The position numbers and the translations under genes were made by a program. The notes under the pieces were generated by a model. That model was not told the origin of the DNA. It saw nothing but the letters and a program-made list of their open reading frames with translations, and searched no databases. From Candidatus Omnitrophota bacterium (GTDB lineage: Bacteria > Omnitrophota > Gorgyraeia > Aquiviventales > Aquiviventaceae): a DNA stretch of 42,823 bases. Every line of letters begins with the position of its first letter. The first letter of the stretch is position 1. The DNA is taken from the NCBI GenBank assembly GCA_023247155.1, contig JAHFGZ010000001.1, forward strand, positions 20,540 through 63,362. Direction: 5' to 3'. This document shows, one piece after another, positions 1 to 8,030 of this stretch.

Positions 1-17
1 GGCTGAGCTAACCGCCC
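1..17 (-). tRNA. partial tRNA (5' acceptor/D-arm only; the rest lies beyond the window edge)
   Basis: Reverse complement reads GGGCGGTTAGCTCAGCC: a canonical 7-nt acceptor strand, TA, D-stem GCTC and the start of the D-loop. Truncated by the window start, so the isotype is unknown. Confidence 0.4.
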
Positions 18-32
18 AAATGACGTGGATCG

Positions 33-104
33 TGGGCCGGGGACGGATCGAACGTCCGACCAACTGGTTATGAGCCAGCTGCTCTGCCACTGAGCTACCG
101 GCCC
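33..104 (-). tRNA. tRNA-Met (anticodon CAU), elongator type; tRNA-Ile2 (lysidine CAU) cannot be excluded
   Basis: Reverse complement is GGGCCGGTAGCTCAGTGGCAGAGCAGCTGGCTCATAACCAGTTGGTCGGACGTTCGATCCGTCCCCGGCCCA. Acceptor GGGCCGG/CCGGCCC, D stem GCTC/GAGC, anticodon loop CTCATAA, T arm GGACG-TTCGATC-CGTCC. Positions 1-72 are paired (G-C), so it is not an initiator. CCA is not encoded. Confidence 0.9.
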
Positions 105-260
105 GTCGCGCCTCTCGTCCAACTGTGGGCGCTCCCTAGGGGGGAACCCAGGTTCCCCCCTATCGGTCGCCCCGATAAGGAATGATCCCCAATGGTCATG
201 CAACTCGGTGGGGCTCCCTGGTCCCCCTCCCCACGAAAAGATCGGAAGGCTCCGGACCGT

Positions 261-301
261 CTAAAAGCATAAAGTGGAATGTTCCCCACGTAACATTCCA
301 C
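261..301 (-). terminator. rho-independent terminator downstream of rpoD
   Basis: Minus strand: 10-bp stem GTGGAATGTT/AACATTCCAC (274-283 and 292-301, 8-nt loop) followed by TTTATGCTTTT. It starts 44 nt after the rpoD stop. Confidence 0.7.
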
Positions 302-344
302 TTTACACGGTTGCCGGACAACTTTCCACCGCTTTCAGCGGCCG

Positions 345-1928
345 TCAGGTGGCGTGGCTCTTCTCCTTCGCGAAGGTCAGCTCGAGGAAGTTGCGCAGGC
401 GGCGGCTCCGGGTGGGGTGGCGCAGCTTGCGCAGCGCCTTCGCCTCGATCTGCCGGACGCGCTCCCGGGTCACGTTGAACATCTGCCCCACCTCTTCCAG
501 GGTGCGGGGCGAGCCGTCCTGCAGGCCGAAGCGCAGCATCAGCACCTGCCGCTCGCGGTCGGAGAGCGTCACGAGCACGTCGCCGATCTGCTCCTTCAGC
601 ATGCTGTAGGCGGTCGCGTTCGCCGGCGAGATGGCGCGCTTATCCTCGATGAAGTCGCCGAAGTGGGTGTCGCCGTCCTCCCCGATCGGGGTCTGCAGCG
701 AGATGGGCTCCTGCGCGATCTTCAGGATCCCCCGCACCTTATCGACCGGGATGCCGGTCGCCCGGGCGACCTCCTCGGGCATGGGCTCGCGGCCCGTCTC
801 CTGGACGATCGCGCGCGAGACCCGGATGAGCTTGTTGATCGTCTCGGTCATGTGCACGGGGATGCGGATCGTCCGCGCCTGGTCGGCGATGGAGCGGGTG
901 ATCGCCTGCCGGATCCACCACGTCGCGTAGGTGGAGAACTTGTAGCCCCGCTGGTACTCGAACTTCTCGACCGCCTTCATGAGGCCGATGTTTCCTTCCT
1001 GGATGAGGTCCAGGAACGAGAGCCCGCGGTTGGTGTACTTCTTCGCGATGCTGACCACGAGGCGCAGGTTCGCCTCGACCAGCTCCTTCTTCGCCCGCGT
1101 GTACTCGAGCTCCCTCTGATCGATGGCCTTCAGGGCCTGGCGCATCTGCTCGGCCGGACCGCCCAGCCACCGCAGCTGCTCGGCCCGTTTCTTGCGCAGC
1201 TCCCGCAGCCGCCGCGCCGAGCCCGCGCGCCGCGCGCGCTTGGTCTGGGTGATCTGCCGCTCGAGGGTCTCCACGGCCCGGAGGGTGCGCTCCACCTGCT
1301 CGATGAGCCACTCGATCGCCTTGATGGTCAGGTGGCAGGCCTCGATCACCTTCCGGACGCGGGTCTTGCTGCGCGCCTTCCGGAGGCGCCGGCGCAACTG
1401 GACCAGCTGCTCCACCAGCTCTTCCCGCTTGAGGTTGGGGTCGTCCTTGGAGTACTCCTCCGGGTTGAGCCCGCCCTCGATCAGGATGTCGGTCAGCCGG
1501 AGGATCTCCCGGCGGGCGATCTTCAGCTGCAGGACCGCGTCCCGGTAGGCGAGCTCCGCCGCCTCGATCTTTTTCGCCAGGGTCAGCTCCTGCTCCCGGG
1601 TGAGCAGCGAGATCTGCCCCATCTGGCGCAGGTACATCTTGACGGGATCGTCGAGCTGCCCGACCTCCGCCAGCTCCGCCGCTTCCTCCTCGCGCTGCTC
1701 CTTCTCCTCCCGCTCTTCCAGGCGGGACCCGGTGGAGGGCTTATCGACGATCTCGATGTTTTCCTTGCCGAGCAGGGTCAGCAGCTCGTCGATCTCCTCG
1801 GGAGACGCGACGTCCTCCGGCAGGAGGTTGTTGAGCTCATCATACGTCAGCCGGCCCTTGTCCCGCCCCAAGGTGATGACCTGGGCGAGCCGCTCGCTGA
1901 TGGGCTTACGCTTCGCCGTCTCGACCAT
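345..1928 (-). CDS. rpoD: RNA polymerase primary sigma factor (sigma-70 family)
   Basis: 527-aa ORF with ATG at 1928. Region 2 has [28 protein letters not shown]. Region 4.2 has [29 protein letters not shown]. An acidic region 1 is present. Conserved dnaG-rpoD order. Confidence 0.97.
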   Translation of the reverse strand: MVETAKRKPISERLAQVITLGRDKGRLTYDELNNLLPEDVASPEEIDELLTLLGKENIEIVDKPSTGSRLEEREEKEQREEEAAELAEVGQLDDPVKMYLRQMGQISLLTREQELTLAKKIEAAELAYRDAVLQLKIARREILRLTDILIEGGLNPEEYSKDDPNLKREELVEQLVQLRRRLRKARSKTRVRKVIEACHLTIKAIEWLIEQVERTLRAVETLERQITQTKRARRAGSARRLRELRKKRAEQLRWLGGPAEQMRQALKAIDQRELEYTRAKKELVEANLRLVVSIAKKYTNRGLSFLDLIQEGNIGLMKAVEKFEYQRGYKFSTYATWWIRQAITRSIADQARTIRIPVHMTETINKLIRVSRAIVQETGREPMPEEVARATGIPVDKVRGILKIAQEPISLQTPIGEDGDTHFGDFIEDKRAISPANATAYSMLKEQIGDVLVTLSDRERQVLMLRFGLQDGSPRTLEEVGQMFNVTRERVRQIEAKALRKLRHPTRSRRLRNFLELTFAKEKSHAT

Positions 1929-1943
1929 CGTCGCGCCGCTCCT

Positions 1944-3755
1944 TCACGGTTGTGACCCCCCTGCCGACGCCGCCACCGGTTCCAGGCGCGGGGCGCCGGT
2001 CAGCTGGTGCTGATACGCCGCCAATAACCGCTGGACCTCCGCCTCGTGCCCGGCTTGCTGGGCGGCCTGAATCTGCTCCCGCATCGCCGCCAGGTCCCGG
2101 GAGCGCGTTGCGGCCTTGATGCGCTGCACACAGTCCTCGAACGCCTCGTCTTTCGACGGGGTGGACCGGGCCAGCTCGACCAGCTCCGCGACCAAGGCCG
2201 CCTGCCCTTCCTCTGAGAGGCGCGAGGCCACCTGGGCCGGCGAGGCCGGAGAGCCGGCCGCCTCCAGCTCGCAGACGACGGCCAGGATCCGCCGCAGCGC
2301 CGGATCGATGATGTCGCCAAGCGACAGCGGCTCCGTCCCGCGGGTCCAGCGGGCCGGCCCATCCAGCACGAGCGCGGTCAGCAGCCTTTCAGGGCCCCTC
2401 GCCGCGGGGCGCGCCGCCGCCTGAGCCGCCCTCGACAGCCCGCCCTGCCCGGCACGCAGCGCGGCGGACCCGCGCGCGTCGGCCTTCGCCAGCTCCTCGG
2501 CCACCGCCCCGGCATCGAGCCGGAGCCGCTCGGCCAGGAGCCGGACGTATTCGCTGCGCCTCATGGCGCTGGGCACCTTGGCAATCGTGGGAAGCACAAC
2601 CTGTGCCGCCTGAACCCGGCTCTCGGTGTCCCCGCCGGGATGCCGTCGAAGCGCCGTCTCGATGAGCACGTCGAAGATCCCGGCGCTGCGGTCCAGGAGC
2701 TGCTCGAACCGTTCGCGCCCATACGCCAGGAGGTACTCGTCCGGGTCCACCCCCTGCGGCAGCCGGGCGACGCGGACCTGCAGCCCGGACTCCACCAAGA
2801 GGTCGATGCCGCGCAGCGTCGCCTGCTCCCCGGCCGCGTCCGCGTCAAAGGCCAGGATGGCCTGCTCCGCGTACCGCTTCAGCAGCCGCGCCTGCTCCGC
2901 CGTCAGCGCGGTCCCCAGCGGCGAGACGACGTGACCCACCCCCCCGTCCGCCAGCACCGCGCAATCGAAATAGCCCTCCACCACCACCGCGGTCTTGGCG
3001 CGGATGATGGCGTCCTTCGCCTGGGCCAGGCCGAAGAGGTGCCGCCCTTTGGTGTAGAGCGGGGTCTCCGGGCCGTTGAGATATTTCGGCTCCTGCGCAT
3101 CGAGGCTGCGCCCCCCGAACCCCACCACGCGGCTCCGGAGGTCCACGATGGGAAACATCAGCCGATGGCGGAAGCGATCATAGGAGCCCGACCGTCCGTT
3201 GATGATGAGCCCCGCCGCCTCCAGCTCCTCCGCCGACACGCCGGTGGCCTTGGCCGCCTGGAGCAACCCCTGCCAGCCGCTGGGCGCCAGGCCCAACCGG
3301 AACGCCTGGCGCGTGCGTTCCGAGACGCCGCGCCGCTCCAGGTACGCCCGCGCGGCCCTGCCGCCCGCCGGGTCAAGGAGCCGGCGCTCGAAGTGCTGGC
3401 AGACCTTCTCCAGGAGCGCTCCCAGCGACGCATGCGCGGCCCGGCTCGACGCCGCGGCCTCGTCGGGAATCGCCACGCCCGCATGGTCGGCCAGCTGCCG
3501 GACCGCCTCCGGGAACGTCAGCCGGTCATGCTGCATGAGGAAGCTGAAGATGTTCCCCCCGACCCCGCAGCCGAAGCAGTGGAAGACCTGTTTCTCCGTG
3601 TTCACCATGAACGACGGCGTCCGCTCCTTGTGGAACGGGCAGCAGGCCTTGAAATGGCGGCCCGCCCGCTTGAGCGGGACGTAGCGGCCGATCAGGTCGG
3701 CGATGTCGGTCCGCGCCTGGACTTCGTCAATGACCCCTTCGGGAATCAACGGCAT
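1944..3755 (-). CDS. dnaG: DNA primase
   Basis: Zinc ribbon CPFHKERTPSFMVNTEKQVFHCFGCGVGGNIFSF and TOPRIM motifs (VVVEGYFD, AFDADAAG). I place the start at ATG 3755 (MPLIPEGVIDEV) because the 28 upstream codons of the track ORF overlap the cvpA 3' end. Confidence 0.93.
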   Translation of the reverse strand: MPLIPEGVIDEVQARTDIADLIGRYVPLKRAGRHFKACCPFHKERTPSFMVNTEKQVFHCFGCGVGGNIFSFLMQHDRLTFPEAVRQLADHAGVAIPDEAAASSRAAHASLGALLEKVCQHFERRLLDPAGGRAARAYLERRGVSERTRQAFRLGLAPSGWQGLLQAAKATGVSAEELEAAGLIINGRSGSYDRFRHRLMFPIVDLRSRVVGFGGRSLDAQEPKYLNGPETPLYTKGRHLFGLAQAKDAIIRAKTAVVVEGYFDCAVLADGGVGHVVSPLGTALTAEQARLLKRYAEQAILAFDADAAGEQATLRGIDLLVESGLQVRVARLPQGVDPDEYLLAYGRERFEQLLDRSAGIFDVLIETALRRHPGGDTESRVQAAQVVLPTIAKVPSAMRRSEYVRLLAERLRLDAGAVAEELAKADARGSAALRAGQGGLSRAAQAAARPAARGPERLLTALVLDGPARWTRGTEPLSLGDIIDPALRRILAVVCELEAAGSPASPAQVASRLSEEGQAALVAELVELARSTPSKDEAFEDCVQRIKAATRSRDLAAMREQIQAAQQAGHEAEVQRLLAAYQHQLTGAPRLEPVAASAGGSQP

Positions 3756-3762
3756 CGAGTGC

Positions 3763-4311
3763 TCATTGGGCCGCGGCCCGCATCGGGGGCACCAGCCCGC
3801 CGCTGCGGCCTGCGGCGCCGGGGAAGACCTCCGCCGCACGCGCGAGGCCCTCGCGCGAGACGCTCAGCAGCCGGGGGCCGAAGACGGACCGCTCTTCCAC
3901 GCTCTGCCGCAGGAAGACAAACCCGCTCGAGGCCAACACCACGACTAGAAACCCGGCCCACCACAGCGCCCGGGCGCCGCCGAAGACGAGGCCGATCCCC
4001 TGCACCATCCAGTGGAGCCGCTCCCACTTGATCACCTCGGTCACCCGGCGCACGACGTAATGCACCGCCGCCATCAGCACGAGAAACAGCCCCCAGAACC
4101 CCGCCAGCGCCGCCACCTGCGGCGTCAGCCACCCCCCCTGCCCCAACCACGCGCTCACTGTCTCCGCGTAGTTCAGGGTCAAGGACGTGATGGAGACTGC
4201 CCCCGTCACATTCAACAGCTCCGTCAGGAGGCCTCGACCGAACCCATTGTAACACCCTCGCATTACAATGGTTATAATAATCAAGTCAATCCAGTTCGGC
4301 CACGTGGTCAC
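3763..4311 (-). CDS. cvpA: CvpA (colicin V production) family membrane protein
   Basis: 182 aa with multiple TM segments. N-terminus WIDLIIITIVMRGCYNGFGRGLLTELL is typical of the CvpA family. GTG start at 4311 is preceded by an AAGGAG SD 6 nt upstream. Confidence 0.7.
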   Translation of the reverse strand: MTTWPNWIDLIIITIVMRGCYNGFGRGLLTELLNVTGAVSITSLTLNYAETVSAWLGQGGWLTPQVAALAGFWGLFLVLMAAVHYVVRRVTEVIKWERLHWMVQGIGLVFGGARALWWAGFLVVVLASSGFVFLRQSVEERSVFGPRLLSVSREGLARAAEVFPGAAGRSGGLVPPMRAAAQ

Positions 4312-4342
4312 GGGGGCTCCTTCCGGAATACTCCTCGACCGA

Positions 4343-4372
4343 AGTATACCTGACCGCTCAGAAGCGTGTCAA
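4343..4372 (-). promoter_or_regulatory. sigma70-type promoter for cvpA-dnaG-rpoD
   Basis: Minus strand TTGACA (4372-4367), 18 nt, TATACT (4348-4343), about 30 nt upstream of the cvpA SD and start. Confidence 0.6.
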
Positions 4373-4404
4373 GGTAGCGCTACCTTATTTATGGTAGCGC
4401 TACC
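4373..4404. promoter_or_regulatory. twin 12-bp perfect palindromes GGTAGCGCTACC (candidate regulator binding sites)
   Basis: Identical dyads at 4373-4384 and 4393-4404, 20 bp centre to centre, separated by AT-rich TTATTTAT. The proximal copy abuts the -35 hexamer. Confidence 0.45.
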
Positions 4405-4409
4405 CACAA

Positions 4410-4474
4410 ATGAGGAGACCGCTTCCCTCTTTCCCATCGGAAAACTCTGGGAAACAGGGAAGCGGTCCCGGGAC
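4410..4474 (+). repeat. junction palindromic element, family 1, copy 1
   Basis: ATGAGGAGACCGCTTCCCTCTTTCCCATCGGAAAACTCTGGGAAACAGGGAAGCGGTCCCGGGAC. A 12-bp outer stem GACCGCTTCCCT/AGGGAAGCGGTC plus an inner TTTCCC/GGGAAA stem. Homologous copies at 6751-6820 and 25191-25260. Confidence 0.8.
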
Positions 4475-4499
4475 AGTCGACCGGACTTGCTCGTAGGGA

Positions 4500-4781
4500 T
4501 TAGTTCAGGGTGGCGCGGACCTTGATGATCCGCAGCTCTTCCATCACTTCGTCGAACCGTTGGAGGATTGTGTCCTGATTCGCGAGGACCTGGTCGAGCT
4601 TGGCGGCGATTTTCGTATCTGCTTGCGCGCCCGTCTCCGTGCTGCCGGAGGCTTTGGCTCGGCTGGTCCGCGACCGCTCCGCCGCCTGCACCTCCGCCAC
4701 CATCCAGGCTCCGACCATCAGCGCAAGCGCTAGCCCGAGCGCCTGCCGCCATCGCACCGTCCAATGCTGCCTCTCTTGCAT
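4500..4781 (-). CDS. small secreted/periplasmic coiled-coil protein (unknown function), last gene of the pilMNOPQ unit
   Basis: 93 aa with ATG at 4781 preceded by a strong SD (AGGAGGAG). Signal-peptide-like ALGLALALMVGAWMVAEVQAA, then a predicted helical C-terminus. No family recognised. Confidence 0.55.
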   Translation of the reverse strand: MQERQHWTVRWRQALGLALALMVGAWMVAEVQAAERSRTSRAKASGSTETGAQADTKIAAKLDQVLANQDTILQRFDEVMEELRIIKVRATLN

Positions 4782-4814
4782 GTCGCTCTCCTCCTACGTG
4801 CTACGTGGACCCGG

Positions 4815-6344
4815 TTACTGCGCGGCCGTGGACGCGACCGCCTGCTGTGGCACGTCCTCCCGCTTCTCCAACGTCACGGTGAGGAAGATCAGCAGGTCCT
4901 GCTGGAGGGTGGGCCCGCTGCTTCCGTCGAATTCCCGGTTGTTGGTGAAGAGCAGGCCGACGACCGGGATGTCCCCGAGCACCGGGACCCTGGTCGCTTG
5001 CTTGACCTTGGTCTCCTTGATCAGCCCCCCGATCGCGATCGTGTGGCCGTCGAGAATCCGGACCTGCGTCGTGACGGTCTGCGTGCTGAACCTCGGCAAG
5101 GACACGGAGTTCCCCCCGCCGACGTCGAAGGTCACATTGGCCACGGGGGTAATCACCTCCGGCTTCAAGTCCACGACGATCTCCTGGCTGGGGTTGACGT
5201 GCGGGCTCACAGTGAGCACGGTGCCGATCGTCTTCGTCTGGAACCCGCTCACCGTTGTCCGGCCCGTCGAGGGATCCACCGAGAAGGTTGGGATCGGGTA
5301 CTCGTCGCCGATGTGGATCTTCGCCTCCTGGTTGTTGAGGACGGTGAGTGTCGGGTTGGAGATGACCTTGGTGTTGGTGCGCTGCTTGAGCGCGTTGAGC
5401 GTCAGGCTCATCGCCGGCCCGGTCAGCGTCCCGAGCGAGACGGTGTTGGATTTGGTCACCGGGCTCGCCAGGAACCGGTTGCCCAACCCGCCGAGGGTGG
5501 TGTCCGCGGGAAACGGGAAGCTGGACCCGAACGACGTGGCGGTCTGGCTCATGCTCACCGAGTCTGACCAGTCGATCCCCAGGTTCTCGGTCTTTTCCAG
5601 CTTCGTCTCCACGATCCGCGATTCGATGAGGACCTGGGGGGTGCGCTGGTCCAGCCGGGCGACGACCTCCTTGATCTGGAACAAGGTGCTTGGCACGTCG
5701 GTCACGATGACGGTGTTCGTCCGCTCGTCGAACTTGACGCGGCCCCGCTCCGAGAGCATCTCCTGGATGACGTCCGGGACGTCCTTCGCCGTGGCGTAGC
5801 TCAACGGAAACACCTCGGTGGCCAGCGCCTCCTGCTCCAGCGCGTCCAGCGTCATGACGCGGACGATGTTGCCCTTCCGCTCGTAGGTGAACCCGTAGGT
5901 GCGCAGCAGGATGTCCATCGCCTGCTCCCAGGGCACGTTGGTGAGCTTGATGGACACCAACCCCTCGACGTCGGCGCCGGCCACGATGTCCACGCCGCTC
6001 TTCAACGAGATGACGCGGAGGACCTGTCGGATGTCCGCGTCCTTGAAATCGACGCTGACGAGGCGGGTTTCGCCGGCGGCCGGCGGCGGGACCTGGGCGG
6101 CCTCCTCCTCATCCGGCGCGCTGGTCTGTCCCGTCTCCCCAGGCGCCGTGGCGGCGGCATCGGTTTTCGGCGGGTCGGCTGGCGCCTTGGACGGCGCCGC
6201 CGGCTCATCAGCCTGCGGCGAGCCGGCATCTTCATCCCATCTGGGCCAGCCCCTCTCCGGATCCGCAAAGACGCGCGCGGTCCCTGCCCCGACCAGCGCG
6301 ACCCCTACGACCAGCAGCACCCCGTGCCATGCGTGTCTCTTCAC
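4815..6344 (-). CDS. pilQ: type IV pilus secretin
   Basis: 509 aa. GTG start at 6344 (GTGA overlap with the pilP stop) with GGAGGTG SD. Signal peptide, P/A-rich linker, N-domain DFKDADIRQVLRVISLKSGVDIV, secretin C-domain ending VPVLGDIPVVGLLF. Sits after pilMNOP. Confidence 0.92.
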   Translation of the reverse strand: MKRHAWHGVLLVVGVALVGAGTARVFADPERGWPRWDEDAGSPQADEPAAPSKAPADPPKTDAAATAPGETGQTSAPDEEEAAQVPPPAAGETRLVSVDFKDADIRQVLRVISLKSGVDIVAGADVEGLVSIKLTNVPWEQAMDILLRTYGFTYERKGNIVRVMTLDALEQEALATEVFPLSYATAKDVPDVIQEMLSERGRVKFDERTNTVIVTDVPSTLFQIKEVVARLDQRTPQVLIESRIVETKLEKTENLGIDWSDSVSMSQTATSFGSSFPFPADTTLGGLGNRFLASPVTKSNTVSLGTLTGPAMSLTLNALKQRTNTKVISNPTLTVLNNQEAKIHIGDEYPIPTFSVDPSTGRTTVSGFQTKTIGTVLTVSPHVNPSQEIVVDLKPEVITPVANVTFDVGGGNSVSLPRFSTQTVTTQVRILDGHTIAIGGLIKETKVKQATRVPVLGDIPVVGLLFTNNREFDGSSGPTLQQDLLIFLTVTLEKREDVPQQAVASTAAQ

Positions 6345-6820
6345 GGACCTTCACCTCCCGTTGTGGCGCCCGGGGAGGGCTGGCCGGGTGCCGGCTCATA
6401 CGTGATCCGGAGCACCACCGGTTCCCCCCCGCCGTCCAGCACCACGGCGTCCCGTTGAATCGCCTTCACCCGGAAGCCGGCGATCGTCTCGCCAGCCCTG
6501 ACCTCCACATCGTTGATCAGCGCGATCGAGTCTCCCTGCGGATCCCACAGGATGCCGTAGAGCGTCGGCGTCGCCGCGTCGACGTGCGCCCCCTGGGTGG
6601 TCCCGACCAGCCGCCCCTCGCGGACCAACGGGATGAACGGGTCCCGCCGCCCGCCCGAGTCGTAGCGGAACGGCTCGGCACGAGGCTCCTCCGCCGCCCT
6701 GGCGGCTGGCGCAGCTACGGTGACGAGCAGCACGGTCGCGAACGCCGCCACGATAGTCCCGGGTCCGGTTCCCTGTTTCCTTGAGTGTTCCGATGGGAAA
6801 GAGGGAACCGGACTCCTCAT
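6341..6820 (-). CDS. pilP: type IV pilus assembly protein PilP
   Basis: C-terminal 159 codons of track ORF 6341..7369. RDPF motif (GGRRDPFIPLV) and a beta-rich C-domain (LYGILWDPQGDSIALINDVEVRAGETIAGFRVKAI). ATG at 6820 overlaps the pilO stop (ATGA). An in-frame GTG at 6751 would give a clean signal peptide MAAFATVLLVTVAAPAARA. Confidence 0.8.
   Translation of the reverse strand: MRSPVPSFPSEHSRKQGTGPGTIVAAFATVLLVTVAAPAARAAEEPRAEPFRYDSGGRRDPFIPLVREGRLVGTTQGAHVDAATPTLYGILWDPQGDSIALINDVEVRAGETIAGFRVKAIQRDAVVLDGGGEPVVLRITYEPAPGQPSPGATTGGEGP
6751..6820 (-). repeat. junction palindromic element, family 1, copy 2 (at the pilO/pilP junction)
   Basis: Minus strand ATGAGGAGTCCGGTTCCCTCTTTCCCATCGGAACACTCAAGGAAACAGGGAACCGGACCCGGGACTATCG. 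Both stem arms carry matched changes relative to copy 1 (GTCCGG../..CCGGAC versus GACCGC../..GCGGTC). Confidence 0.8.
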
Positions 6821-7440
6821 GTGTTGCCTCCGCTGATCGCCACCGTGTTGCTTGTCGCGAAGTAGGCTTGGATGACCAGCTTGATGCGGAACCGCTTGGA
6901 TTCCCTCGGCTCCGGCGCAATCTCCAGGCTGGAGACCTGCATCGGGGTGTCCCCCGTCTCCACCAGGCTCAACAACGTCCCCAGCTGGTGGTAGCCGGCC
7001 AGCGCGTCCACCTGGATGAGCACGTCCTTGTAGACCACGGGCACGGAGCCGGCCTGCGCAGGAGGCGTCGTCGGCGACCCCGGCGCCTCCGGGGGACGCT
7101 GGGGGAAGATGGTCTGGATCTTGACCTGCGACCGGCCCGCCAGGTCGGAGAGCAGCTCGATGACGCGGGGCACGTCTTCCTCTGCGGGCAGGAGGCTGCG
7201 CAACGACGCGACGGTCTCCTGGACCTGGCGATGCTGCTCCCGCAGCGCCGCTTCGTTCATCGTCGAGAGCTCCAGCACCTTGAGCTGCTCGCGGGCAGCG
7301 CGCACCTGCTCCCCGCCGCGCCGCGCCTCCCGCAGCAGCGGCCCGATGATGAGGGCGACGTACACCCACGCGATCACGAGGAAGAGCCCCACGACCACGG
7401 CCAGGGTGCGCTGCTCGCGGGCGGAGATCCGAAGCTTCAT
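6817..7440 (-). CDS. pilO: type IV pilus assembly protein PilO
   Basis: 207 aa from ATG 7440 (ATGA overlap with the pilN stop). N-terminal TM (LAVVVGLFLVIAWVYVALIIG), a coiled coil, then a C-terminal domain. Position between pilN and pilP. The upstream part of the track ORF (to 7944) overlaps pilN in another frame. Confidence 0.8.
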   Translation of the reverse strand: MKLRISAREQRTLAVVVGLFLVIAWVYVALIIGPLLREARRGGEQVRAAREQLKVLELSTMNEAALREQHRQVQETVASLRSLLPAEEDVPRVIELLSDLAGRSQVKIQTIFPQRPPEAPGSPTTPPAQAGSVPVVYKDVLIQVDALAGYHQLGTLLSLVETGDTPMQVSSLEIAPEPRESKRFRIKLVIQAYFATSNTVAISGGNT

Positions 7441-8027
7441 GAGGTCGGCGCGGCCGGCGACGCGGTCACGAGCGCGCCGGTCAGCGTGAACTGCGCGATC
7501 TCGATGTCCTGTTCCTGAACCCGCTTGATCGATTCGATCTGGATATCCCCCACCGCCGCGGCGAAATCGGGATCCGCCTGCAGGCTCTGGACGAGCCGGC
7601 CCACCCGTACCATCTCCGAGCCGCCCTCGCCGATCACCGACCCCTGGATCACCAACCCCTTCGCCTGGTCGAGCGTGAGCTCGGTGAACCAGACCCCGTC
7701 GGGCGTCACGTCGGAGAGGACGTTCAACCGTTTGGACCACAGCCCCTGCCCCCGCTTCAGGCCGCGGAAGGCCGCCTCCTGCACTCGGAGCTGGTGCAGG
7801 AGCTGCTGAATCTGGTCGACCTCGGCCTTCTTCGGAGCGAGGACCTGGATCTTGGCGTTGAGCGTCTGCAGCTCGCGATGGCCCAGGGCCACCGGAACGG
7901 AGAGCGCGACGGCAAGAAGCACCATGGCCGCCGCCGCGAGCCACACCAAGGGGGTCCGATGCAGCTGCTCAAGCGGGGACAGGGTGGTCTTGCGCGCGCC
8001 CTCAGGCAGCAGGTTGATCTTGAGCAT
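7437..8027 (-). CDS. pilN: type IV pilus assembly protein PilN
   Basis: 196 aa. N-terminal MLKINLLPE motif followed by a TM (LVWLAAAAMVLLAVALSV), typical of the PilN/fimbrial assembly family. Confidence 0.88.
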   Translation of the reverse strand: MLKINLLPEGARKTTLSPLEQLHRTPLVWLAAAAMVLLAVALSVPVALGHRELQTLNAKIQVLAPKKAEVDQIQQLLHQLRVQEAAFRGLKRGQGLWSKRLNVLSDVTPDGVWFTELTLDQAKGLVIQGSVIGEGGSEMVRVGRLVQSLQADPDFAAAVGDIQIESIKRVQEQDIEIAQFTLTGALVTASPAAPTS

Positions 8028-8030
8028 GGG

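Noticed and set aside
139-160. Perfect hairpin GGGGGGAAC-CCAG-GTTCCCCCC between rpoD and tRNA-Met as a terminator.
   Set aside because: There is no U-tract on either strand, and the real rpoD terminator is at 261-301. It may be part of the tRNA precursor leader, but I cannot support a function. A candidate tRNA promoter (TTGCAT...CCTTAT) was too weak to report.
3756-3839. N-terminal extensions of track ORFs: dnaG to 3839, pilO to 7944, pilin to 9746, pilB2 to 14857, pilT to 16631, RHH to 16759, rodA to 18472, lacI to 28623, PilO-like to 36182, GspK-like to 42169, GspJ-like to 42581.
   Set aside because: The extensions overlap the preceding gene or a non-coding leader, are Arg/Pro-rich, and precede internal starts that coincide with conserved protein N-termini, SD sequences or ATGA coupling.
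6341-7369. 342-aa ORF treated as a single gene.
   Set aside because: Only the C-terminal 159 codons (PilP) look like protein. The upstream 183 codons overlap pilO in another frame.
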